The notes: generated by a model from the sequence alone, not told the origin. A stretch of DNA of 26,844 nucleotides, filler included, from an uncultured virus (IMG/VR IMGVR_UViG_2061766007_000212) (2 parts of one record of this genome joined end to end with filler, not necessarily neighbours in it); one strand, 5' to 3'. Positions 18,866 to 26,501 are shown, counted from the first letter of the whole stretch. Program-made: numbers and translations.

Positions 18866-18969
18866 GCTTTGACCTTCCTTTCTTGACCTTCTGTAATAGC
18901 ATCAGCCGCCCCGCCATCCTACTGCTGATTCCCTTCGTTCCGAGGAAGGTCAAACCCGGAACGGACACC
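18866..18969 (-). promoter_or_regulatory. Conserved structured leader RNA with anti-SD loop
   Basis: Stem CGTTCCG/CGGAACG enclosing TTTGACCTTCCT, the exact complement of AGGAAGGTCAAA just before the ATG; second hairpin ATCAGC…GCTGAT; conserved at 23389-23492. Confidence 0.65.
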
Positions 18970-18971
18970 AT

Positions 18972-19001
18972 AAAAAATAGCGGCATTCACTTGCCGCTTT
19001 T
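18972..19001 (-). terminator. Terminator-like hairpin immediately after the late promoter
   Basis: AGCGGCA-AGTGAA-TGCCGCT followed by ATTTTTT. Confidence 0.6.
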
Positions 19002-19010
19002 GGTGCATAT

Positions 19011-19043
19011 AATATATCACAGATAATAGTCCGTTTTAGTCCG
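19011..19043 (-). promoter_or_regulatory. Putative activator-dependent late promoter (allele 1)
   Basis: CGGACTA direct repeats 10 bp apart, then ATCTG-TG-a-TATATT extended -10; no -35; right after the ArpU-like gene. Confidence 0.6.
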
Positions 19044-19046
19044 CAA

Positions 19047-19487
19047 TTAAGCGGCCTTTGATTGAAGGTACTTCGAAATCAGCAGTAATGCACGGCCATG
19101 AATGACAAAAATCTGCGTTCGCTCATAATGCATTGCCTCGCATATTTCCGGGAACCCATCCCCGTTGATATACCGCCTTGTCAGCACCTCCTTCTGCCGC
19201 TCGTCCTTCAGGCTGTCAATCGCAGACAGGATTTCCCGCAAGGCCGTTTCCGCTTCAGCCTTATACTTGTATAAGATTTCGCAGGCATCAACAGCCGAAC
19301 AGACATCCCTTGCCATCGGATCATGTTCTGCCGGTGAGGATAATACCTTGATCTCCTTCAGCGTAATGCCCGTATTGGTCGCCCGTGCTAACGCTTCGTC
19401 AATCGCCCTTTGCAGAGCGTCCACCCGCCCGCAGAGCGACTTATACCGCCGCAGAAATACCTTTGCGGGGTTCTCCTGTCTGCTCAT
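19047..19487 (-). CDS. Late transcriptional regulator, ArpU/DUF1492-like
   Basis: AKVFLRRY…coiled coil…IDSLKDERQKEVLTRRYI…I…HGRAL sigma-4-like HTH; last gene before the packaging operon. Confidence 0.8.
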   Translation of the reverse strand: MSRQENPAKVFLRRYKSLCGRVDALQRAIDEALARATNTGITLKEIKVLSSPAEHDPMARDVCSAVDACEILYKYKAEAETALREILSAIDSLKDERQKEVLTRRYINGDGFPEICEAMHYERTQIFVIHGRALLLISKYLQSKAA

Positions 19488-19489
19488 GT

Positions 19490-19873
19490 TCAGTCCTCCA
19501 TCTTGTCACAGGCGGTGATCCATTCCGGCAATATCCAGCCGTGATAAACCCGCCAGTTCTCGCTCCCTGGCCAGCCGTCGAACAGGATGCCGCTTCCGGG
19601 AATTTCCGCTTCGAGCCCGTCCCGGTCATATAAAACAGCATCGTCAGGCAATTCAACGGTCAGCCTGTATGCCGTCCGGTCATACTTTACAAGCTGGCGT
19701 GTTGCCCAACTCTGATTTTTCTTTTCCGGGTCGAGTGTCAGCCATTGATAACCGATATACAGTTCAATGCTTTTTGCATCGCCCGGCTTTGAAACGTATA
19801 CCCCGCCGATCTTGATTCCATGCCGCCGGATGGCTTTTACTGCCTTTGCGGAGCAGAAATGATATATCGTCAT
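19490..19873 (-). CDS. Hypothetical protein with possible ADP-ribosyltransferase-like fold
   Basis: IYHFCS…AIRRHGI, WLTLDP, WRVYHGWILPEWI pattern; GGAGG RBS; conserved in the second allele. Confidence 0.5.
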   Translation of the reverse strand: MTIYHFCSAKAVKAIRRHGIKIGGVYVSKPGDAKSIELYIGYQWLTLDPEKKNQSWATRQLVKYDRTAYRLTVELPDDAVLYDRDGLEAEIPGSGILFDGWPGSENWRVYHGWILPEWITACDKMED

Positions 19874-19924
19874 GTTTCCTCCTTTACCGGATGCCGGTCA
19901 CTGCCGGTGCTTAATCCGGGAATC

Positions 19925-20326
19925 TTAAAACGGTAATTCTGAATCGTCCATCGCTACCTGCTGGAAGCCGGTTTGCTGATCGACCTGCGGTTCCGGTTGT
20001 GTCGGTTGCGCTTCACTCCTGGGGGACAGGAACTCAACCTCGTCAGCCGTCACTTCCAGGTTTGCTCCGTGCTTGCCGTTGCTTTCCCACGTACGGACGG
20101 ATACCGGGCCGACAACGGAAACCTTCTTGCCTTTGGAAAGATACTTTGCGCAGGTTTCCCCACGTTCCCGCCATGCAGTGACGTTGAAATAGTCGGTTTC
20201 TTGCTGTCCGTCCTTCGTCTTCTTCCGGTTCACGGCAACGGTGAAGCTGCACACGCTCAACCCGGTTGCAGTGGTACGGAGTTCGGGGTCTTTCGTAAGT
20301 CGACCAATAATATGCAGTGAGTTCAT
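19925..20326 (-). CDS. ssb: Single-stranded DNA-binding protein
   Basis: MN…IIGRLTKDPELR…FTVAVNR…KYLSKG; acidic ELPF tail. Confidence 0.95.
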   Translation of the reverse strand: MNSLHIIGRLTKDPELRTTATGLSVCSFTVAVNRKKTKDGQQETDYFNVTAWRERGETCAKYLSKGKKVSVVGPVSVRTWESNGKHGANLEVTADEVEFLSPRSEAQPTQPEPQVDQQTGFQQVAMDDSELPF

Positions 20327-20475
20327 TCTTTTTCCTCCTTTTCAGCCTTTGGCTGTTCTTCCCATCCCCAGCAGTCTTTCTTCGGTTTCGATCTGATATA
20401 CCCGTAATAAACGCAGTAGCATGAATCATGCCATTTGTCCTTTGCGTGTTTGCAGTTACGGCAATCGTTATCCAT
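20323..20475 (-). CDS. Small Cys-rich protein, 50 aa (MDNDCRNCKH…CYC…DCWGWEE)
   Basis: My translation; ATGA overlap with ssb; same 3' end at 26241-26286. Confidence 0.65.
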   Translation of the reverse strand: MDNDCRNCKHAKDKWHDSCYCVYYGYIRSKPKKDCWGWEEQPKAEKEEKE

Positions 20476-20511
20476 TCACTTCACCGACCTTCCCTTATTG
20501 TTGCCTTTAAC

Positions 20512-20808
20512 TTACTTGCCGATTGTAATCGTCATGTTTCCATGATTCTCAATGTGCTTGTTGTTCTCTCCGTTCTGAACGATTGTCATATGTTCGGTGC
20601 AAGCCCAATCTCCGTTGAACGTGTACTTGTCATGCTTTGTGATAATCGTCCTTTTGTTCCATGCTTCTACGTTATCCTCAACCGAACATGCTTCACGTTG
20701 CCAAGATGCCATAAGGCAATCACCGCACCAGATATAACTCCAGTTTCCTTCGTCTTTAATCATGACGTCTGTCCCACCGCAGAACGGACAAGGTTTAAGT
20801 TTCTGCAT
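20512..20808 (-). CDS. Lar-like (restriction alleviation family) Zn-finger protein
   Basis: LKPCPFCGG…CGDC…EAWNKR. Confidence 0.72.
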   Translation of the reverse strand: MQKLKPCPFCGGTDVMIKDEGNWSYIWCGDCLMASWQREACSVEDNVEAWNKRTIITKHDKYTFNGDWACTEHMTIVQNGENNKHIENHGNMTITIGK

Positions 20809-20810
20809 CC

Positions 20811-21113
20811 TCACTTCTCCTTTACGTTGAACCAATTGAACTCATCAGTTTTAATCCAAATCTCAAGAGCATTATCTTCTACCGATATGGTTTCAACGGT
20901 TAATTCTCCAAGCAGATCAAGTAAACAACTATGCGAATTGAACCTAACGTGTGTCCATTCTTCGCATTCCGGGCAGATGATAAGCTCGTCCCCACCTTCG
21001 TCATAGTTGCTATACGCACCGCTCCGTACCAAGGCGAGAACATCCTTCAGTTTCGCTGTCTTCTTCGGAAAGCGGTGGTACTTTTTCAACTCTTTTTTCA
21101 ACTCTTCAGTCAT
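20811..21113 (-). CDS. Hypothetical protein (CPEC motif); partial second copy at 21222-21303
   Basis: GGGGAGG RBS; tight packing with neighbours. Confidence 0.7.
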   Translation of the reverse strand: MTEELKKELKKYHRFPKKTAKLKDVLALVRSGAYSNYDEGGDELIICPECEEWTHVRFNSHSCLLDLLGELTVETISVEDNALEIWIKTDEFNWFNVKEK

Positions 21114-21335
21114 GTTCCAACCTCCCCTAAATCATCATAAAATTCATTGATTTTCTTTGTCCATCTGAACTGCGGTCGCATCAATCCGCAAGCGTACATC
21201 ATTCCTTGAACNNNNNNNNNNAGCGAGAACATCCTTCAGTTTCGCTGTCTTTTTCGGAAAGCGGTGGTACTTCTTCAACTCTTTTTTCAACTCTTCAGTC
21301 ATCCAAATTCACCGACCTTCTTCTAACTTAAAGCG

Positions 21336-21602
21336 TCATTTCCACCTTACAGCCTTCCCACACTTCGCACAGAATCCGACCTTGTACGCAGGAATCAGTT
21401 CTCCCTTGCAATGCATACCGGATGTCATAGAATAATGGCAAGCACCGCACTCATACCAATTTGTACGGGCATTGTACTTCGGAACAACCGCTTCCTGCTC
21501 TTTCAGCAGGGCAAGAATTTTTGTTGCCAATGATAATTCCACCTTGTAATGACCGTTAACACAAAACTCAAGGTCTTTGATAACCTTCTCCCTGTCAGGC
21601 AT
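21336..21602 (-). CDS. Hypothetical Zn-ribbon protein (MPDREKVIK…ALLKEQE…CGAC…CAKCG)
   Basis: Two CxxC pairs; overlaps the upstream stop. Confidence 0.7.
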   Translation of the reverse strand: MPDREKVIKDLEFCVNGHYKVELSLATKILALLKEQEAVVPKYNARTNWYECGACHYSMTSGMHCKGELIPAYKVGFCAKCGKAVRWK

Positions 21603-21855
21603 CCCATTCACCCCATTTCATTAAGATATCGGTCAGTACATCGACCGTCCGTTTCACGCTTTCCTTGTCGCAGAAGTGAAGAACAGCGTTTACATTTTCC
21701 ACGTCTTCCCCGGCGAACCGTCCACCGCTTTCGATGTCCCGGTTCAGCCAGACGATGAACAGGTCAACCCCGCCATTCATCAGTTCCGACCTTCCGGCGC
21801 AGACACCCTTCCGCATCCCTTTACCGATGATCACCGGCAAATCACATCTCCGCAT
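21595..21855 (-). CDS. Hypothetical protein
   Basis: ORF in a packed gene run; second allele at 26722-26844. Confidence 0.65.
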   Translation of the reverse strand: MRRCDLPVIIGKGMRKGVCAGRSELMNGGVDLFIVWLNRDIESGGRFAGEDVENVNAVLHFCDKESVKRTVDVLTDILMKWGEWDA

Positions 21856-22060
21856 CTTCTTCCTCCCCGTCAGCGCAGAACCAATCGTCTGATTGCACTT
21901 TGTTGTGATTCAGTTCGCATACGTTATAAAGAACATTCTCCCCATCAGTAAAACAGTGTTTGCAGTGCCGGCAGGTAACAAGCTCCATCTGCTTCAGCTC
22001 AATCGTTATCGCATCTTTCATCCTCGGGATAAAAACCCATCCGTCAGGCAATCTTGCCAT
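21842..22060 (-). CDS. Small Cys-rich protein (ELVTCRHCKH…C…DDWFCADGE)
   Basis: GAAGG RBS; family common in Firmicutes phage early regions; allele at 26297-26488. Confidence 0.7.
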   Translation of the reverse strand: MARLPDGWVFIPRMKDAITIELKQMELVTCRHCKHCFTDGENVLYNVCELNHNKVQSDDWFCADGEEEDAEM

Positions 22061-22111
22061 GCTATGACCTTCTTTCGCATTTATCGCCGTTTTTACGGCG
22101 ANNNNNNNNNN

Positions 22112-22585
22112 TGTTGTCCAGGCTGTCGAGTCCACGCTGTCAAAATGACAGGTCTTTAACCAATCCAAAGCTGTGAATCCCAGGCCGTGGACTTTAGCCC
22201 CTCGTTTATGTGCTTCACCAATGAGCGCAGGAAACGCACCGTATTTCTCTTTCCTGATCTCACCGCTGACAATACCGCCGATCGCAACGTACCCGTACTC
22301 ATCACACATCCTTTTATATTCATCAAGACCGCGTGACAGATGCCATACTGGAATACAAGGTCTGTTTGTCAGCTTCTCCAGCTTTGCCCGGAACTGTTTT
22401 ACCCGGTCGTATCCGACTACGACATCAATATCAAGTTCAAAGTATTTCTGTACTTTGTTCCGGTTGATGAAGTCCGCGTATCGTTCGATATATTCATCCC
22501 AGTTCGGAGAACCGCCCTTGCCCTGCATGAACGTAAACGCTCCGCTGTCGAGCAGGAAATCCCCGAAGTGCGGGATCAGCCGTTC
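22112..22585 (-). CDS. TGT/DpdA-like protein, catalytic core fragment (second allele)
   Basis: LLDSGAF…[10 protein letters not shown], near-identical to 17540-18014. Confidence 0.8.
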
Positions 22586-22736
22586 NNNNNNNNNNNNNNN
22601 NNNNNNNNNNNNNNNNNNNNNNNNNNNNNNNNNNNNNNNNNNNNNNNNNNNNNNNNNNNNNNNNNNNNNNNNNNNNNNNNNNNNNNNNNNNNNNNNNNNN
22701 NNNNNNNNNNNNNNNNNNNNNNNNNNNNNNNNNNNN

Positions 22737-22909
22737 ATTCTCGAGGAGTTCGTCCTGAATCCAATGTCTTGACTCCCCCCCCGCCAGGAAAATTTTCATC
22801 GCATCCTCCGTGGCATTGGTTAACGTTTGACCTTTTGCCATCCTTCGGCAGGTTTCTTTCCAGAGCGGTTTCAGGTTACCTGATACCCCCCCGCCATATA
22901 TAGGATCAT
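22737..22909 (-). CDS. TGT/DpdA-like protein, N-terminal modules (second allele), frameshifted at G7
   Basis: [18 protein letters not shown]…MKIFLAGGESRHW. Confidence 0.65.
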
Positions 22910-23388
22910 GGCGTGAACCACTCTCCGCAATGTGGACACTTGATCTGCTTCGGTTCCTTTTCCTCTTTTTCTGGAGCAGGTGCAAACAGATCATCAAGAC
23001 TGTCCGAATCCGGGAATACGAAATTCAATTCCTCGAACTCCTGTCCCTCAATCGCAAGGGCCGCGCATTCTTCCTCCAACGTCTGGAAGTCCCAGGCCGA
23101 TAATTCAGCCGTCCTATTGTGCCGGATCATGTATTCCCGCCGTTGTTTATCGGTCAGGTGATCCAGCCGGATGACCGGCACGGTTTCCAGTCCGAGTTCC
23201 TGTGCGGCGATCTGCCGGCCGTGGCCCTCAACAATTACGCCGTTCCATGTTGCTATCGGATCGTTGAAGCCATCTTCAAGGATTGACTTCTTGATTGCCT
23301 CGATATCATCCGGTGCGTGTTTCCGGGCGTTCTTTTCGTATGGTTTCAGATCACCCGGCGGCAGATATACGATCTGCAGTTTCTCCAT
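22906..23388 (-). CDS. ParB/Srx-like N-terminal domain protein with Zn ribbon (second allele)
   Basis: Near-identical to 18377-18865. Confidence 0.85.
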   Translation of the reverse strand: MEKLQIVYLPPGDLKPYEKNARKHAPDDIEAIKKSILEDGFNDPIATWNGVIVEGHGRQIAAQELGLETVPVIRLDHLTDKQRREYMIRHNRTAELSAWDFQTLEEECAALAIEGQEFEELNFVFPDSDSLDDLFAPAPEKEEKEPKQIKCPHCGEWFTP

Positions 23389-23492
23389 GCTTTGACCTTC
23401 CTTTCAGACCTTCAAAATAAAGCATCAGCCGCCCCGCCATCCTATTGCTGATTCCCTTCGCCCCGAGGAAGGTCAAACCCGGAACGGACACC
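23389..23492 (-). promoter_or_regulatory. Structured leader RNA (second allele)
   Basis: Same as 18866-18969; CGGAACG becomes CGGGGCG, keeping the stem through G-U pairs. Confidence 0.65.
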
Positions 23493-23563
23493 GTAAAATT
23501 GTGAACAAGAAAAGCCTACTTCCGGTATCCGGTTTCGGCTTCTGTCCCTTTGGGACAGTTTAC

Positions 23564-23597
23564 ATGATAGCACAGATTTTACTCCCATTTACTGCCG
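23564..23597 (-). promoter_or_regulatory. Putative late promoter (allele 2)
   Basis: GGCAGTAAA/GGGAGTAAA repeats 10 bp apart, then ATCTG-TG-c-TATCAT. Confidence 0.6.
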
Positions 23598-23600
23598 TTT

Positions 23601-23852
23601 TTACTGAAACAGTGCGGGAATGACCACATTTTCAAACTTTTTGTATGCGTCAAGGTACCATTCCTTCTTATCCCCGTTGTAGGTCAGTTCATAATACATT
23701 CCGTCAAACAGGCTGGTACTGATCAGATATTTCCAGTTCTGCAAGGCTTTGCATTTCCATACGATATAGGTTTCAAACTCCGGTTCCGGATCGCTTTTGT
23801 CCAGGTGTTTCATAACATAGTTTTCAACGATGATAATTGCTTCATTGTCCAT
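23601..23852 (-). CDS. DUF6275-like phage protein
   Basis: VWKCKALQNWKYLIST…DGMYYELTYNGDKKEWYLDAYKKFEN. Confidence 0.75.
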   Translation of the reverse strand: MDNEAIIIVENYVMKHLDKSDPEPEFETYIVWKCKALQNWKYLISTSLFDGMYYELTYNGDKKEWYLDAYKKFENVVIPALFQ

Positions 23853-24141
23853 TTTTCGCTTCTCCTTTCATTTCTGCCATATCTACCAGCGGTAAACCCG
23901 TCAGGCATCTGCATGAATCCCACCGGATCATATAGCCGCAATTCGGGCAATAATTGTCATTGATAACCACCCTGTATCCGCAATTCCTGCAAGTGTAATA
24001 ATCTTTCAGCGCTTCTCCTTTCCAGTATTTCGGTTTCAATCCTTCAGCCTGATTCCGGTGATATTCCAGCCGGTTGACAATGGTTTCCGGCAGTCCGGCT
24101 TGCCTGATAACCCGTATAGCTTCATCAATCCCGCACATCAT
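23842..24141 (-). CDS. Hypothetical Zn-ribbon protein
   Basis: CRNCG…NYCPNCG; GGAAGTGG RBS-like sequence absent, GGAGGTGG RBS present upstream. Confidence 0.65.
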   Translation of the reverse strand: MMCGIDEAIRVIRQAGLPETIVNRLEYHRNQAEGLKPKYWKGEALKDYYTCRNCGYRVVINDNYCPNCGYMIRWDSCRCLTGLPLVDMAEMKGEAKNGQ

Positions 24142-24331
24142 CGGAACCCACCTCCATTTCAGATCCGCAATTCGGGCAGAACGGCGTTTTCCAGTACATA
24201 TAATATCCGCACCATGAACACCGGAATGTGTCTATCATTTCGCCCGTTACCCGTTTATGCGGATCTGTGCCGTTCCTATCTCCTTCAATCCAATGGCCCG
24301 TATCATCAAGCCATTTTGCCGTATTATGCAC
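24125..24331 (-). CDS. Small Zn-ribbon protein
   Basis: GHWI…CSWCG…FCPNCGSEM. Confidence 0.7.
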   Translation of the reverse strand: MHNTAKWLDDTGHWIEGDRNGTDPHKRVTGEMIDTFRCSWCGYYMYWKTPFCPNCGSEMEVGSDDVRD

Positions 24332-24776
24332 TTGATTTCTTCTCCCTTCTCGACAGCCATTTATTGATCTCGATCAGCGCCCGTCCGTGCTGAACATAAA
24401 TCCGGGTTTCCGAGGAAAACATCTGTTCGGCAATCTCCGGGTATCCCTGCCCGGTCACATACCGCCTCGTCAGCACCTCTTTTTGCCGTTCGTCCTTCAA
24501 GCTGTCGATTGCCGCCAGGATTTCCCGCAAGGCTGTTTCCGCTTCTGCCTTATACTGGTATAAAATAGCGCAGGCATCCACCGCAGAGCAGACATCCATT
24601 GCCATCGGATCATGCTCTGCCGGAGATGACAGTACCTTGATTTCCTTCAGCGTAATACCCGTATTTGTCGCCCTTGCCAGTGCTTCGTCTATTGCTCTTT
24701 GAAGGGCATCAACCAGCCCGGAAATGGCCTTGTAACGCCGCAGAAACACCTTTGCGGGATTCTCCTGTCTGCTCAT
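24324..24776 (-). CDS. Late transcriptional regulator, ArpU/DUF1492-like (second allele)
   Basis: Near-identical to 19047-19487 except the C-terminal HTH. Confidence 0.8.
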   Translation of the reverse strand: MSRQENPAKVFLRRYKAISGLVDALQRAIDEALARATNTGITLKEIKVLSSPAEHDPMAMDVCSAVDACAILYQYKAEAETALREILAAIDSLKDERQKEVLTRRYVTGQGYPEIAEQMFSSETRIYVQHGRALIEINKWLSRREKKSSA

Positions 24777-24778
24777 GT

Positions 24779-25162
24779 TCAGTCCTCCATCTTATCACAG
24801 GCGGTGATCCATTCCGGCAGAATCCAGCCGTGATACACCCGCCAGTTCTCGCTCCCGGGCCAACCGTCGAACAGAATGCCGCTTCCGGGAATTTCCGCTT
24901 CCAGCCCGTCCCGGTCATATAAGACAGCATCGTCCGGCAATTCAACTGTCAGCCTGTATGCCGTCCGGTCATACTTCACAAGCTGGCGTGTTGCCCAGCT
25001 CTGATTCTTCCTTTCCGGGTCAAGGGTCAGCCATTGATAACCGAAATATAGTTCAATGCTTTTTGCATCGCCCGGCTTTGAAACGTATACCCCGCCGATC
25101 TTGATTCCCTGCCGCCGGATGGCTTTTACTGCCTTCGCGGAACAGAAATGATATATCGTCAT
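24779..25162 (-). CDS. Hypothetical, possible ART-like fold (second allele)
   Basis: Only a few residues differ from 19490-19873. Confidence 0.5.
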   Translation of the reverse strand: MTIYHFCSAKAVKAIRRQGIKIGGVYVSKPGDAKSIELYFGYQWLTLDPERKNQSWATRQLVKYDRTAYRLTVELPDDAVLYDRDGLEAEIPGSGILFDGWPGSENWRVYHGWILPEWITACDKMED

Positions 25163-25222
25163 ATTTCCTCCTTTACCGGATGCCGGTCACTGCCGGTGCT
25201 TAATCCGGTGGTATTGTTGCCT

Positions 25223-25594
25223 TTAAGTCAGTTCAATTTGTGCTTTTCTCCATGTACATTTGTTCTTTCTCTTTCGTCTGTTCCAATCATTCCTTGCCAT
25301 CTGTTCCGAGTATTTATCATCTGCGCTGAATCTGACTCTTACCTTGTTTCCCGGACAACCCCATTTGTTTGAGCATCTGATAGCCTTTACCGGAATATTC
25401 GGATTCCATTCATGCGGTACATCATCAATGATTTCAGCAGGATTTCCACAAAACGGACATTCTCTCAATGAATAATCATAAGGATATTCCCAACAATCGC
25501 ATTGACCGTCTATCGCTTTATGTTCATCGTCCATATGCTCATTAAGTTCACAGTCATCACAATCACGGCAAGTAAAACAGTTACGAATCGTCAT
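25223..25594 (-). CDS. Cys-rich protein with Lar-like Zn-finger domain
   Basis: CFTCRDC…LRECPFCG…CSNKWGC…WNRR; TGATG coupling. Confidence 0.65.
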   Translation of the reverse strand: MTIRNCFTCRDCDDCELNEHMDDEHKAIDGQCDCWEYPYDYSLRECPFCGNPAEIIDDVPHEWNPNIPVKAIRCSNKWGCPGNKVRVRFSADDKYSEQMARNDWNRRKRKNKCTWRKAQIELT

Positions 25595-25815
25595 CAGTAA
25601 TACCTCGCATTCTGTAAATCCTCTGCTCTGAAGAAGATGCCTTCCGTTCCAAAGTCGCATGGAATATAAATAAGATCCGGAATCTCAGCAATCAAATCTC
25701 TGAACTCACGCATATCACCAATACGCACAGCATATTCGTCATCAACATGGTATGTTCCATAGTCCTCATGTTTATTGAACCAATCATTTATCATCTGAAT
25801 ATGTTCGTCATACAT
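25594..25815 (-). CDS. Small acidic hypothetical protein
   Basis: GGGAG RBS; lower GC; absent at this position in allele 1. Confidence 0.6.
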   Translation of the reverse strand: MYDEHIQMINDWFNKHEDYGTYHVDDEYAVRIGDMREFRDLIAEIPDLIYIPCDFGTEGIFFRAEDLQNARYY

Positions 25816-25848
25816 TTTCGTTATCTCCCATCTGACTTAAAGTGTCAA

Positions 25849-26244
25849 TTAAAAGGGCAATTCATCTGTTTCCACTTGCTGGAATCCGGTCTGTTTATCG
25901 ACCTGCGGCTCCGGTTGTGCCGGTTGCGCTTCACTCCTGGGCGACAGGAACTCGACTTCTTCAGCCGTGAGCTCAAGGCTGGCACCGTGCTTTCCGTTGC
26001 TTTCCCATGTCCTGACGGATACCGGGCCGACAACGGAAACCTTCTTGCCTTTGGAAAGGTACTTTGCACAGGTTTCCCCACGTTCCCGCCATGCGGTTAC
26101 GTTGAAATAATCGGCTTCCTGCTGGCCGTCCTTTGTTTTCTTCCGGTTCACGGCAACGGTGAAGCTGCACACGCTCAACCCGGTTGCGGTGGTGCGGAGT
26201 TCAGGGTCTTTTGTGAGCCGACCTATGATGTGTAGCGAGTTCAT
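25849..26244 (-). CDS. ssb: Single-stranded DNA-binding protein (second allele)
   Basis: Same motifs as 19925-20326; DELPF tail. Confidence 0.95.
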   Translation of the reverse strand: MNSLHIIGRLTKDPELRTTATGLSVCSFTVAVNRKKTKDGQQEADYFNVTAWRERGETCAKYLSKGKKVSVVGPVSVRTWESNGKHGASLELTAEEVEFLSPRSEAQPAQPEPQVDKQTGFQQVETDELPF

Positions 26245-26296
26245 TCTTTTTCCTCCTTTTCAGCCTTTGGCTGTTCTTCCCATCCCNNNNNNNNNN

Positions 26297-26488
26297 ACAG
26301 AACCAGTCCGGCTCTGTATCCATGGTCAGCACTTCGCACTGAAAATATTGACTCCCGGATACCCGACCTGTATACGGCTTGTAGTGTTTGCAATGCCGGC
26401 AGGTAACAAGCTCCATTTCCTTCAGTTCAATCGTTATTGCATCTTTCATCATCGGAATAAAAACCCATCCGTCAGGCAGTCTTGCCAT
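26297..26488 (-). CDS. Small Cys-rich protein fragment (allele of 21842-22060 with a swapped middle segment)
   Basis: MARLPDGWVF…CRHCKH…PDWFC. Confidence 0.65.
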
Positions 26489-26501
26489 NNNNNNNNNNGC
26501 T

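Noticed and set aside
18866..18969. Calling the leader a known preQ1-I/II/III or SAM-III riboswitch
   Set aside because: Consensus nucleotides of those classes are not evident; only topology resembles preQ1-II, so it is reported as a candidate only.
21842..22528. Fusion of the TGT-like core to a Cys-rich domain
   Set aside because: Joined only through the N spacer at 22102-22111.
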